Below the pieces are notes generated by a model that did no database searches, had not been told where the DNA came from, and worked only from the letters and a program-made list of their open reading frames with translations. From the NCBI GenBank assembly GCA_963813155.1, contig CAWEYG010000006.1, positions 1 through 64,000 of the forward strand: DNA of 64,000 bases. Reading direction: 5' to 3'. Each line of letters begins with the position of its first letter. Positions within the stretch are counted from its first letter, which is position 1. Shown here one piece after another: positions 42,208 through 50,799 of the stretch. The DNA comes from an uncultured Acidobacteriota bacterium. GTDB taxonomy: Bacteria > Acidobacteriota > Thermoanaerobaculia > UBA5066 > DATFVB01. A program made the translations under genes and the position numbers.

Positions 42208-43362
42208 GTGACGACTGATTCTCTCGACGAATGTCTCCCTCCGGAGCTGGCCACGGCTCCGGTTTCCTCGTCCCGCCGAATTCACCTGCCCGCTCTCGAC
42301 GGCCTTCGGGGGTTCGGGATTCTCGGGGTCATGATCATGCATTTCTCAAATCATGACCCGGGCCTCCGCGCGCTCGGCCGTTCGGCCATCCTGCTGGACC
42401 TGTCGGCATGGGGAATGCCGATGTTCTTCCTTCTGTCGGGCTTTCTCATCACCGGGATTCTCCTTGAGGCTCGCGATAAGCCTCACTATTTCCGCAATTT
42501 CTTCGTCCGCCGGATCCTGCGGATCTTTCCGCTCTATTACGGGGTCCTCCTGCTCCTCTTCGTGATCCATCCCGCCTGGGGACACGCGATCGGAGGCACC
42601 TCGAGTCCCCGCTGGCTGTGGCTGTACGCCTCGAATATCGAAATGGCCCGGAAGGACAGCTGGACCTACGACTTCGTTTCCCATTTCTGGTCGCTCGCGG
42701 TCGAGGAGCAGTACTACCTCTTCTGGCCGTTCATCGTTCTGGCATTCAAGCCCCGCCGGCTCCTCGTCGTCTGCGCGGCGCTCGGCGCGTTCTCGGTCGC
42801 ACTTCGGATCACGATGACGGCCGGATGGAGTCACCTGACCGGCGCGTATATCCTGATGCCCGCTCAGCTCGATCCGCTGGCGATGGGAGGCGTGCTCGCC
42901 GTTCTCGTGCGGCGGCGGCCGCCAGAGAGCTATCGGACCCTCGCCCGCTGGGCCGTCATCGCTTCTCTGGCGGTCTTCTTTTCTCTCGGCTGGTATAAGA
43001 AGCCGATGATGAGCCGGCCGCTGATCGTGGGCCGGCCGCTGCTTTCCTGTTCCCTGTTCGGCGGAATCCTGCTGCTCGCGATCGGAGAATCGGGGTTCTT
43101 TCGCCGTGTCCTGAGTTTGAGAGTTCTGACGTTTCTCGGCAAATACAGCTACGGGCTCTACGTTTTCCACTTTCCCCTTTTGCCGGTTTTCTCGCTCTGT
43201 TTCCCTCGTGAGGCGATCGGGCGCATTTTCAGTTCCCCCCTCGCGAGCCTGGTTCTCGCCGTGCTGTTGTCGATTGCCGCGACGCTAGTCCTCGCCATCG
43301 CGAGCTACGAGCTCTACGAGAAGCGATTCCTGCGGCTTAAGAGCCGGTTCGGATCGACGTGA
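42208..43362 (+). CDS. Acyltransferase 3 (OafA/YrhL) family O-acyltransferase, copy 1
   Basis: LDGLRG, FFLLSGFLIT, RRILRIFPLY, HFWSLAVEEQYY, SYGLYVFH, EKRFL. Confidence 0.9.
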   Translation: MTTDSLDECLPPELATAPVSSSRRIHLPALDGLRGFGILGVMIMHFSNHDPGLRALGRSAILLDLSAWGMPMFFLLSGFLITGILLEARDKPHYFRNFFVRRILRIFPLYYGVLLLLFVIHPAWGHAIGGTSSPRWLWLYASNIEMARKDSWTYDFVSHFWSLAVEEQYYLFWPFIVLAFKPRRLLVVCAALGAFSVALRITMTAGWSHLTGAYILMPAQLDPLAMGGVLAVLVRRRPPESYRTLARWAVIASLAVFFSLGWYKKPMMSRPLIVGRPLLSCSLFGGILLLAIGESGFFRRVLSLRVLTFLGKYSYGLYVFHFPLLPVFSLCFPREAIGRIFSSPLASLVLAVLLSIAATLVLAIASYELYEKRFLRLKSRFGST

Positions 43363-43381
43363 GAGCGTGAAACGTGAGCAA

Positions 43382-44545
43382 GTGAGCCAGGACTCACGAC
43401 TCACGGCTGACGAGGCGTCGCTTGCGGCCGCCCCCATCCGATCGGCGCGAAGGATCCACCTCCCGGCGCTCGACGGGATTCGCGGCGTTGCCATTCTCTC
43501 GGTCCTCGTCGTGCACTTCGCCGGCGACAATCCGACCGCGCGGGGGGGCCTCGAGGGCGACTCGCCATTTCTCGATCTGCTGACATTCGTCCTCGGGACT
43601 CCGGTATTCTTCGTTCTGTCGGGCTTCCTGATCACCGGCATTCTTCTGCGAGCGCGCGAGAAGCCGCACTACTTTCGAAACTTCTACGTTCGCCGGGTGC
43701 TTCGGATTTTTCCTCTCTACTTCGCGGTGCTCGCGGTTCTCTTCGTGATTCATCCGGTGTGGGGTCGGTCCGTCGGCGGAACATCGAGCCCGGGCTGGCT
43801 CTGGGTGTTTCTGGAAAACGTCGAGCTCGCGAGGAAGAACCACTGGACCTTCGGGTTCCTCAATCACTTCTGGTCGCTCGCCGTCGAAGAGCAGTACTAC
43901 CTCGTTTGGCCGCTCATCGTCCTGGCTCTTCGGCCGAAGCGCCTCCTGGTCGCGTGCGTCGGGTTCGCGGCTTTCTCTTTTCTGCTGCGTCTCGTCCTGA
44001 CGTCGGGGTGGTCGCACCTCGTCGGCGCCTACGTACTCACGCCGTGCCAGCTCGACCCGCTCTGCACGGGTGGCGCCCTCGCGATTCTCGTGAGTCATTG
44101 GCCGGCCTCGCGGTTTCGCGTCCCCGCGCGATTGGCGATTGTCGTCGCTCTCGCATCGTATTTTCTCCTGGGCTGGCAGCGGGAGGACTGGATGACGCGG
44201 CCGAAGATCGTCGGCAAGCCGCTCCTCTCCGCACTCCTGTCCGGAGGCGTCCTCCTTCTCGCAGTCGGAGAGACGGGGTTCTTTCGCCGCATCCTCGGAT
44301 CCCGCCCCTTGACGTTCGTCGGGAAGTACAGTTACGGCCTGTACGCCTTTCATTTCCCGCTTCTGCCGTTCCTGGCCCGTCGATTTTCGCCCGCCGCGAT
44401 TGGCGCCAAGCTGGGTTCGCCCCTCGCGGGCCTCTCGGTGAGTGTCGCGCTGTCGATAACGACCTGTCTGCTGATCTCGATTGCGAGCTACGAGCTCTTC
44501 GAGAAGCGAATCCTGCGGCTCAAGAGCCGGTTCGGATCGACGTGA
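43382..44545 (+). CDS. Acyltransferase 3 family O-acyltransferase, copy 2
   Basis: Same motifs as copy 1. Start assigned by analogy with copy 3 (MSQDSRLTADE). Confidence 0.9.
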   Translation: MSQDSRLTADEASLAAAPIRSARRIHLPALDGIRGVAILSVLVVHFAGDNPTARGGLEGDSPFLDLLTFVLGTPVFFVLSGFLITGILLRAREKPHYFRNFYVRRVLRIFPLYFAVLAVLFVIHPVWGRSVGGTSSPGWLWVFLENVELARKNHWTFGFLNHFWSLAVEEQYYLVWPLIVLALRPKRLLVACVGFAAFSFLLRLVLTSGWSHLVGAYVLTPCQLDPLCTGGALAILVSHWPASRFRVPARLAIVVALASYFLLGWQREDWMTRPKIVGKPLLSALLSGGVLLLAVGETGFFRRILGSRPLTFVGKYSYGLYAFHFPLLPFLARRFSPAAIGAKLGSPLAGLSVSVALSITTCLLISIASYELFEKRILRLKSRFGST

Positions 44546-44588
44546 GAGCGTGAAGGCGTGAGAACGTGAGCAAGTGAGCGCGTGAGCC
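44541..44588. repeat. Intergenic 8-bp tandem repeat (CGTGAGNN)
   Basis: Six units here and about four at 43358-43388. Confidence 0.75.
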
Positions 44589-45742
44589 AGGACTCTCGAC
44601 TCACGGCTGACGAGGCGTCGCTTGCGGCCGCCCCGATCCGATCGTCGCGAAGGGTCCACCTGCCGGCGCTCGACGGGATCCGCGGATTTGGAGTGATGCT
44701 CGTCCTCCTGATCCACTTCGTCGGTTATGGCCCGGCCGCCCCGACGGACCAGGGGAAGGCCGTGCCGTTTCTCAACTTCCTCTCATTCGCGTTCGGCATC
44801 CCGGTGTTCTTCGTTCTCTCGGGCTTCCTGATCACCGGAATCCTTCTGGAGGCGCGCGAAAAGCCTCACTACTTCCGGAACTTCTATACGCGCCGCGTTC
44901 TTCGGATCTTTCCCCTGTATTACGGAGTGCTGGCCGTTCTTTTCGTGGTTCACCCGGCGTGGGGGCGCGCGATCGCGGGAAACTCGAGCCCGGGCTGGCT
45001 CTGGGCCTACATGTCGAACGTCGAACAGGCCCGTCAGAATAATATGACCTACCACTATCTGGGGCATTTCTGGTCGCTCGCGGTCGAAGAGCAGTACTAC
45101 CTCGTCTGGCCTTTCATCGTCCTGGCCTTTCGTCCCCGATATCTGTTCGCGGTCTGCGTCGCGTTGGGTGGTTTCTCGGTAGGCCTGCGATTTTTTCTGA
45201 CGGCGGGATGGGGTCATCTCGTCTCGACCTACGTGTTGACGCCGTGTCAGCTCGACCCGCTCTGCACGGGAGGCGCGCTGGCGATCCTCGTGCGGAAATG
45301 GCCGCTGCGGCGACTTCAGGTTTTCGCCCGTTTCGCCGTGTTCGGTTCCCTTGCGGCCTACTTTCTCCTGGGCTGGCAGAGCGAGCCCAGGGCGTCGCGG
45401 CAGCAGGTCGTGGGCCGGCCGCTTCTTTCCTGTTTTCTGTTCGGCGGAGTCGTTTTGCTCGCGATCGGGGAAACGGGGTTCTTTCGCCGCGTGCTGGGTG
45501 CCCGGCCAGTGACATTCCTCGGCAAGTACAGTTACGGTCTTTATGTCTTTCACTACATGCTCATGCCATTCTTCGCAGTCTGTTTCCCGAGACAGGAGCT
45601 CGGTCGCGAGCTCGGTTCGCCGCTCGCGGGGATCGCAAGCTCGATAGCGCTTTCGGCGGCCGCCGTTGTCCTCGTGTCGATCGCGAGCTACGAGCTCTAC
45701 GAGAAGCGATTCCTGCGGCTGAAAGCCCGGTTTTCGGCGTGA
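44582..45742 (+). CDS. Acyltransferase 3 family O-acyltransferase, copy 3
   Basis: Same motifs as copies 1 and 2. Confidence 0.9.
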   Translation: MSQDSRLTADEASLAAAPIRSSRRVHLPALDGIRGFGVMLVLLIHFVGYGPAAPTDQGKAVPFLNFLSFAFGIPVFFVLSGFLITGILLEAREKPHYFRNFYTRRVLRIFPLYYGVLAVLFVVHPAWGRAIAGNSSPGWLWAYMSNVEQARQNNMTYHYLGHFWSLAVEEQYYLVWPFIVLAFRPRYLFAVCVALGGFSVGLRFFLTAGWGHLVSTYVLTPCQLDPLCTGGALAILVRKWPLRRLQVFARFAVFGSLAAYFLLGWQSEPRASRQQVVGRPLLSCFLFGGVVLLAIGETGFFRRVLGARPVTFLGKYSYGLYVFHYMLMPFFAVCFPRQELGRELGSPLAGIASSIALSAAAVVLVSIASYELYEKRFLRLKARFSA

Positions 45743-46950
45743 AAGTTCTTTTTGTGAACCAGGTTTATACGCCGGATGTCGCGGCGACCGCCGGCCAGCT
45801 TGCGGATCTCGCGGAGGCAATGGCCGCTCGGGGAGACGAGGTCCGGGTGATCGCGTCGCGTCGCGGATATTCGGAAGCCGGGCGAAGTTTTCCTCGCCGG
45901 TCGGCGGTAAAGGGCGTACGGGTCGAGAGGGTCTGGGAGCCTCGTCTCGAGAAGCGCGGCTTCTGGCGGCGGATCGTTCGGGCGGCAGCTTTTTTCGCAG
46001 GAGCGGGCGTTCGCGCGCTTGCCGGCCCGCGGCCCGACGCGATCGTCGTCCTGACCTCGCCGCCGCTGCTTCCCGTTCTCGGCCGAACCGTCGCTGCGCT
46101 TCGGCGGCGGCCGTATGCGATCTGGCTGATGGATCTGAATCCGGACGAGGCGATTGCCGCCGGCGCCGTGCGGCCGGGTGGGGCGACCGCGAAGCTCCTC
46201 GCGGGGCTGACCCGCTTCAGTCTTCGAGGGGCGGCGAGGGTCGTCGTGCTCGACCGATTCATGAGGGAAAGGGTGGAACGTTACGGCGTGCAGCCGGACC
46301 GGACCGTGATAATCGCTCCCTGGTCGCACGATGCGGACGTGCGCGACGACGAAGCTGGAAGGAATCAGTTCCGGAAACGGCACGCCCTCGAGGGGCGAAT
46401 CGTCGTGATGTATGCGGGCAACTTCAGCCTCTGCCATCCTCTCGACACTCTTCTCGAGACGGCGCGAAGATTGAAAGACGAGCCCGATTTCCTCTTCCTC
46501 TTCGTCGGGGGCGGCGAAGGAGCTCGTCAGGTCCGGGCGGCCGCCGAGTCGGGAACGCTTCCGAACGTCCGGCTGCTCTCTTATCAGCCCCGGGAAGGAC
46601 TCGCGGCCTCGCTCTCGGCTGCCGACGTGCACGTCGTCGTCATGGGAAACGCGTACGTCGGGATTCTCCATCCTTCGAAGGTGTACAACGCGCTTCGCGT
46701 CAACCGGCCCGTGCTCTACATCGGTCCGGAAGAGAGCCCCGTCGCGGACGTCCTCGAGGCTGCCGGCAAGGGCGCCGTCTGGCGCTCCGTTCGGCATGGC
46801 GACGTCGACGGCGCGGTCCGCGCGCTTCGCGAGTTGCAAGACGAGCGGGGAGAGGGCGCCGGTCTGGAGGAGAGCTCCGCGGAGCGATCCGTTCCGCGTA
46901 TGATCACGGAGTTGGATCGGGTCGCGCGAAAGGAGAGCGGAAGATCGTGA
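45739..46950 (+). CDS. Glycosyltransferase family 4 (WcaI/WbuB-like)
   Basis: FVNQVYTPDVAAT, TSPP, MDLNPD, MYAGN, PSKVY. Confidence 0.85.
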   Translation: MKVLFVNQVYTPDVAATAGQLADLAEAMAARGDEVRVIASRRGYSEAGRSFPRRSAVKGVRVERVWEPRLEKRGFWRRIVRAAAFFAGAGVRALAGPRPDAIVVLTSPPLLPVLGRTVAALRRRPYAIWLMDLNPDEAIAAGAVRPGGATAKLLAGLTRFSLRGAARVVVLDRFMRERVERYGVQPDRTVIIAPWSHDADVRDDEAGRNQFRKRHALEGRIVVMYAGNFSLCHPLDTLLETARRLKDEPDFLFLFVGGGEGARQVRAAAESGTLPNVRLLSYQPREGLAASLSAADVHVVVMGNAYVGILHPSKVYNALRVNRPVLYIGPEESPVADVLEAAGKGAVWRSVRHGDVDGAVRALRELQDERGEGAGLEESSAERSVPRMITELDRVARKESGRS

Positions 46951-47942
46951 CAGCAGCTACGAGAGTCCTCGTGACGGGCGCCGGGGGGTTCATCGGCCAG
47001 CATCTCGCCACTTACCTCAAGAGCAAGGGTTACTGGGTGCGGGGCGCGGACCTGAAATTCCCCGAATACTCGCCGAGCGCCGCGGACGAATTTTCGATCC
47101 TGGACCTGCGCCGCTGGGAAAACTGCCTCGAGGCCACGAAGGACGTCGACGAAGTCTACGCGCTCGCGGCGGACATGGGTGGAATGGGGTTCATTTCGGC
47201 CAATCACGCCCAGGTGCTGCACAACAACGCTCTGATCAATCTCCATACGATCGAGGCGGCTCGCCAGAACGGCGTGAAGCGCTACGTTTACTCGTCCTCC
47301 GCGTGTGTTTATCCGCAGTATCGCCAGCGCGAGGCGAGCGTCACGCCGCTCAAGGAAGAGGATGCGATGCCGGCGGACCCGGAGGACGGATACGGCTGGG
47401 AGAAGCTCGTCACCGAGAAGCTCTGCGGGTACTACCGCCACGATTTCGGGCTTGCGACTCACGTCGTCCGGTTCCACAACATCTACGGGCCGAAAGGAAC
47501 GTGGGACGGGGGGCGGGAAAAGGCTCCCGCCGCGCTGTGCCGCAAGATCGCCGCCGCAAAGCTCGCCGGAAGCCGCGAGATCGAGATCTGGGGCGACGGC
47601 GAGCAGACTCGCTCTTTCTGCTACATCGACGACTGCACGACGGGTCTCGAAAAGCTGATGCGCAGCGACTACGGCGAGCCTCTCAACCTGGGCCAGGACC
47701 GGCTGATCTCGATCAACGCGCTGGCGGACCTGATCGCCTCGATCGCGGGGGTCTCGGTCGTCCGGAAGCACGTGGAAGGGCCGCAGGGCGTGCGCGGAAG
47801 AAATTCCGACAACTCGCGCCTTCGCCAGGTCCTGAAGTGGGAGCCGACCGTCTCGCTCGAGGACGGTCTGGCGAAGACCTACGCGTGGATCGAAGACCAG
47901 GTGAAGAAGCGGGCAACCGAAACTGTGAGCAGTGAAAAGTGA
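46947..47942 (+). CDS. GDP-mannose 3,5-epimerase-like SDR
   Basis: GAGGFIG, LAADMGGMGFI, SSACVYP, YGWEK, RFHNIYGP, REKAPAALCRK, GPQGVRGRNSDN (GME hallmark motifs). Confidence 0.85.
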   Translation: MTAATRVLVTGAGGFIGQHLATYLKSKGYWVRGADLKFPEYSPSAADEFSILDLRRWENCLEATKDVDEVYALAADMGGMGFISANHAQVLHNNALINLHTIEAARQNGVKRYVYSSSACVYPQYRQREASVTPLKEEDAMPADPEDGYGWEKLVTEKLCGYYRHDFGLATHVVRFHNIYGPKGTWDGGREKAPAALCRKIAAAKLAGSREIEIWGDGEQTRSFCYIDDCTTGLEKLMRSDYGEPLNLGQDRLISINALADLIASIAGVSVVRKHVEGPQGVRGRNSDNSRLRQVLKWEPTVSLEDGLAKTYAWIEDQVKKRATETVSSEK

Positions 47943-48089
47943 CTCGCAGACCCCCTTTTGCCGCTCGCGGCGCGAAGTCGTCGCAAAGGCCTTAGAACGC
48001 AGCGAGCGGAAAAGCGGGGCGAGTCCCATGACAGGACCCTCGCCGGCCGAGCAGTCTCTCCGAGGTGGCATGCCTAGGAAACTCGAGTA

Positions 48090-49931
48090 ATGCCGATCAT
48101 CTTTTTCGTCCTCCCGGCGATTCTGGCCGCCGCCATCAGTTTTTCCCTGACCCCGTTTGCGCGCCGTCTCGCCCTGCGGGTCGGCGCCGTGGACCAGCCG
48201 GGCCCGCGAAAGATGCACGCGCAGCCGACTCCGCGCCTGGGCGGTCTCGCGGTCGTCGCGTCGGTCTTCCTCGTGACCCTCCTGGTTCAGGCGGTCAACA
48301 ACCCGGGCATTCACAAGATCGAGCCCAGGCTTTTGACCGGGCTCGCGCTCGGAGTTCTGCCGGTGCTCGTCGTCTCGATCCGGGACGACATCCGCCCGCT
48401 GCGCGTCTTTCCGCGATTCCTCGCGCAGTTTGCGGGCGCGGGGATCGCGATGATGTACGGCATCCAGCTCGGAACGCGGATTCACCTCTTCGCCCTCGAC
48501 CTGTCGATCGGCTGGCTCTCGGTCCCGATTTCGCTTCTCTGGATCGTCGGGGTGACGAACGCGTTCAACATCGTCGACGGCCTCGACGGTCTCTCCGCCG
48601 GGCTCGCGCTCATCGCGGCCTTTTCCCTCGTCGGGGTGGGGTTGATGACGGGGCGTGTCGCGCTCGCGTCGATCTCGATGATCCTCGGTGGAGCGCTCGT
48701 GGGGTTCCTTCCGTACAACCTGTTCCCCGCGAGGATCTTTCTCGGGGACACGGGCTCGACCGCGATCGGCTTCTGGCTCGCGTGTCTTGCTCTTCGCGGC
48801 GGATCGACGCTGTCGGCGGGGATGGCCATTCTCGTTCCGATCCTCGTGATCGGCGTTCCGCTGACGGAAACTCTCGTTTCGATGATCCGTCGCTTCGTGC
48901 GCCGGATCGAGAAGAAGGGCGGGGGAGTGTTCTCCGCCGATCGCGAGCACATGCACCACCGCCTCGTCGCGAGCGGCATCACTCAGCGCCGGGCGGTCAT
49001 TCTTCTCTACAGCGCGGGAGTCGTCGCGGCCGCGGCGGCGCTCCTGTCGCTCTTTTTGACGGCTCAGGCCGCGGCGGTCCTCGTCGTTACCGTGCTCGCC
49101 GCGGCGGTGATCGGAATCACGCGCCTCAACTACGACGAGTTCGCTCTCGTTCGCCGCGGGTTCGTGCTGAAGATTTACGACGCCCCGGTGTTGAAGCGCG
49201 CGTTCTTCCCGGTCTTTTTCGACATCGCCCTGGTCGCGATCTCGATTTACGGGGCGATCGTGCTGAAGTCCGACGACTGGGGCCTCGTCTCGAGGCGCGC
49301 CCTGGCGCTCGAGCTGCTCGAGATCCTCCCGATCGTGACGATCGTCGTCTTCTGGTTTTTTCGGCTGTACAGGGGATCGTGGAGGAACGCGAGCATCGCC
49401 GACTTCATCCGGTCGAGCTCGGCGGTCGTGGCTTCTGCCGTTTTCGGCGCTCTCGTTTGCCTCGTGGTCCTGCGCAACCCGCCGAGAATCACCCTTTTCG
49501 TGATCGAGGCGCTGCTCCTTCTGCTCCTCGTCAACGGATCGAGGGCGTCTTACCGGCTGCTCTCCCACTGGAATCTCCGGTCCGTCCGGGAAGGGGAGCG
49601 CGTGCTCCTTTACGGGGCGGGACTCGCCGGGACGCTCGCGCTGCGGGAGATCCTGTCGAACCCCTCGTGGGGCATGCGACCCGTCGGGTTCATCGACGAC
49701 GATCCGGAGCGGATCGGCCGGGAGGTCAACGGATATCCGGTGATCGGGACACTCGCGTCGCTTCCCGAGGCGATCGGCGAGCGCCAGATCCGTTCGGTGA
49801 TCGTGGCCTCTCCCAAGATCGACCGGGAGCATCTCGCCGAGCTCGAGAAAATCGGCCGCGCGACAGGCATTCGGGTGAGCCGGTTCCGGATCGAATTCGT
49901 CGACATGGAGCCGGTGAAGACGCTTCCTTGA
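48090..49931 (+). CDS. WecA/MraY-family polyprenyl-phosphate sugar-1-phosphate transferase with extra TM segments and a C-terminal Rossmann-like domain
   Basis: DQPGPRKMH..PRLGG, DD, NAFNIVDGLDG, IFLGDTGS, DREHMHHRL, then VLLYGAG..GFIDDD. Confidence 0.85.
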   Translation: MPIIFFVLPAILAAAISFSLTPFARRLALRVGAVDQPGPRKMHAQPTPRLGGLAVVASVFLVTLLVQAVNNPGIHKIEPRLLTGLALGVLPVLVVSIRDDIRPLRVFPRFLAQFAGAGIAMMYGIQLGTRIHLFALDLSIGWLSVPISLLWIVGVTNAFNIVDGLDGLSAGLALIAAFSLVGVGLMTGRVALASISMILGGALVGFLPYNLFPARIFLGDTGSTAIGFWLACLALRGGSTLSAGMAILVPILVIGVPLTETLVSMIRRFVRRIEKKGGGVFSADREHMHHRLVASGITQRRAVILLYSAGVVAAAAALLSLFLTAQAAAVLVVTVLAAAVIGITRLNYDEFALVRRGFVLKIYDAPVLKRAFFPVFFDIALVAISIYGAIVLKSDDWGLVSRRALALELLEILPIVTIVVFWFFRLYRGSWRNASIADFIRSSSAVVASAVFGALVCLVVLRNPPRITLFVIEALLLLLLVNGSRASYRLLSHWNLRSVREGERVLLYGAGLAGTLALREILSNPSWGMRPVGFIDDDPERIGREVNGYPVIGTLASLPEAIGERQIRSVIVASPKIDREHLAELEKIGRATGIRVSRFRIEFVDMEPVKTLP

Positions 49932-49940
49932 CGCCAGGGT

Positions 49941-49988
49941 CCTCACCCCGACCTCTCGGTCACCCCTCTCCACCATGTGGAGAGGGGG
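49941..49988. repeat. Family A hairpin repeat, left flank of the DUF559 gene
   Basis: CCTCACCCCG..CCCCTCTCCACCATGTGGAGAGGGG. Confidence 0.85.
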
Positions 49989-50018
49989 AAAAACTTGAAT
50001 AGACTGTCGATCAAGCTG

Positions 50019-50402
50019 ATGAATTGGCCGCTCACAAAGCAGATCGTCAAACGGTTGCGGCGTCAACCAACTCCGGCGGAAGCGATCCTTTGGGAGCGGC
50101 TGCGAGGTGGCGGCGTCCACGGGCTAAAGTTTCGTCGTCAGCACGCGATCGGTTCGTTCATCGCAGATTTCTACTGCGCGCGACCGCTTCTCGTCATCGA
50201 GCTCGACGGGGGGATTCACGAGTTTCAGAAAGTGAGAGACCGTGAACGTCAGATATATCTTGAGCGGCGGGGCCGAGCGGTGCTGAGGTTCTCGAATGAA
50301 GAGGTCCTCGCTGACCTTGAGGGAGTTGTTTCCCGAATTGTCGAGGCAGCCGCGCTCCGCACCCCCTCTCCAGATGCTGGCAGCCTTCAGATCGAGAAGT
50401 GA
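50019..50402 (+). CDS. DUF559 (Vsr-like) endonuclease
   Basis: LRRQPTPAEAILWERLR, KFRRQH, FIADFYC, IELDGGIH, D..R, VLRFSN. Confidence 0.9.
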   Translation: MNWPLTKQIVKRLRRQPTPAEAILWERLRGGGVHGLKFRRQHAIGSFIADFYCARPLLVIELDGGIHEFQKVRDRERQIYLERRGRAVLRFSNEEVLADLEGVVSRIVEAAALRTPSPDAGSLQIEK

Positions 50403-50428
50403 ACGCGGGAGGGGGCGGGGGGGTGAGG
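50362..50428. repeat. Family A hairpin repeat, right flank of the DUF559 gene, interrupted
   Basis: CCCCCTCTCCAGATGCTGG, then CAGCCTTCAGA.., then GGAGGGGG..GGTGAGG. Confidence 0.75.
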
Positions 50429-50453
50429 CGCGGCTGGCAGAGCCCCAGGTCCC

Positions 50454-50482
50454 TTGCGGTCTCTTTCCCCTCGACTTAGAAT
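50454..50482 (+). promoter_or_regulatory. Putative sigma70 promoter of the PqqD/rSAM operon
   Basis: TTGCGG (50454-50459), 17-bp spacer, TAGAAT (50477-50482), 13 nt upstream of ATG 50496. Confidence 0.55.
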
Positions 50483-50495
50483 GGCCCTCGGGAAA

Positions 50496-50799
50496 ATGTC
50501 TCAAAACGAACGAATGGTGCGCGCGGATGGATTTGCGACCCGAAATGTCGCGGGTGAGACGATCCTCGTGCCGATTCGCAAGGGCGTCGCCGACCTCGAG
50601 TGCGTCTTCACGCTCGACGAGGTCGGCTACGGTCGTCTGGCGCGCTCTCGAGTCGCCGAAGAGCGCCGAGGAAGTCGCCGGCGAAATCGCCCGGGAGTTC
50701 GACGTGGACGAATCGGAGGCCCGGCGGGATGTTGCCGAGTTTCTCGGCGTCCTCCGGGAATCGCGTCTCGTTCGCGACGCGGGCGAGGCCGCGCCTTGA
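50496..50799 (+). CDS. PqqD-family RiPP recognition element (RRE) protein, one frameshift near 50628
   Basis: RNVAGETILVPI..FTLDEVG joined to VVWRALE..EEVAGEIAREFDVDESEARRDVAEFL..L..SRLV. About 100 aa with the PqqD pattern. Confidence 0.88.

Noticed and set aside
2084-44588. Short tandem repeats or hairpins as a CRISPR array
   Set aside because: There is no regular repeat-spacer periodicity and there are no cas genes.
46716-50120. 1134-aa minus-strand ORF and other long antisense ORFs
   Set aside because: These are shadow ORFs of GC-rich plus-strand genes with no recognisable motifs.
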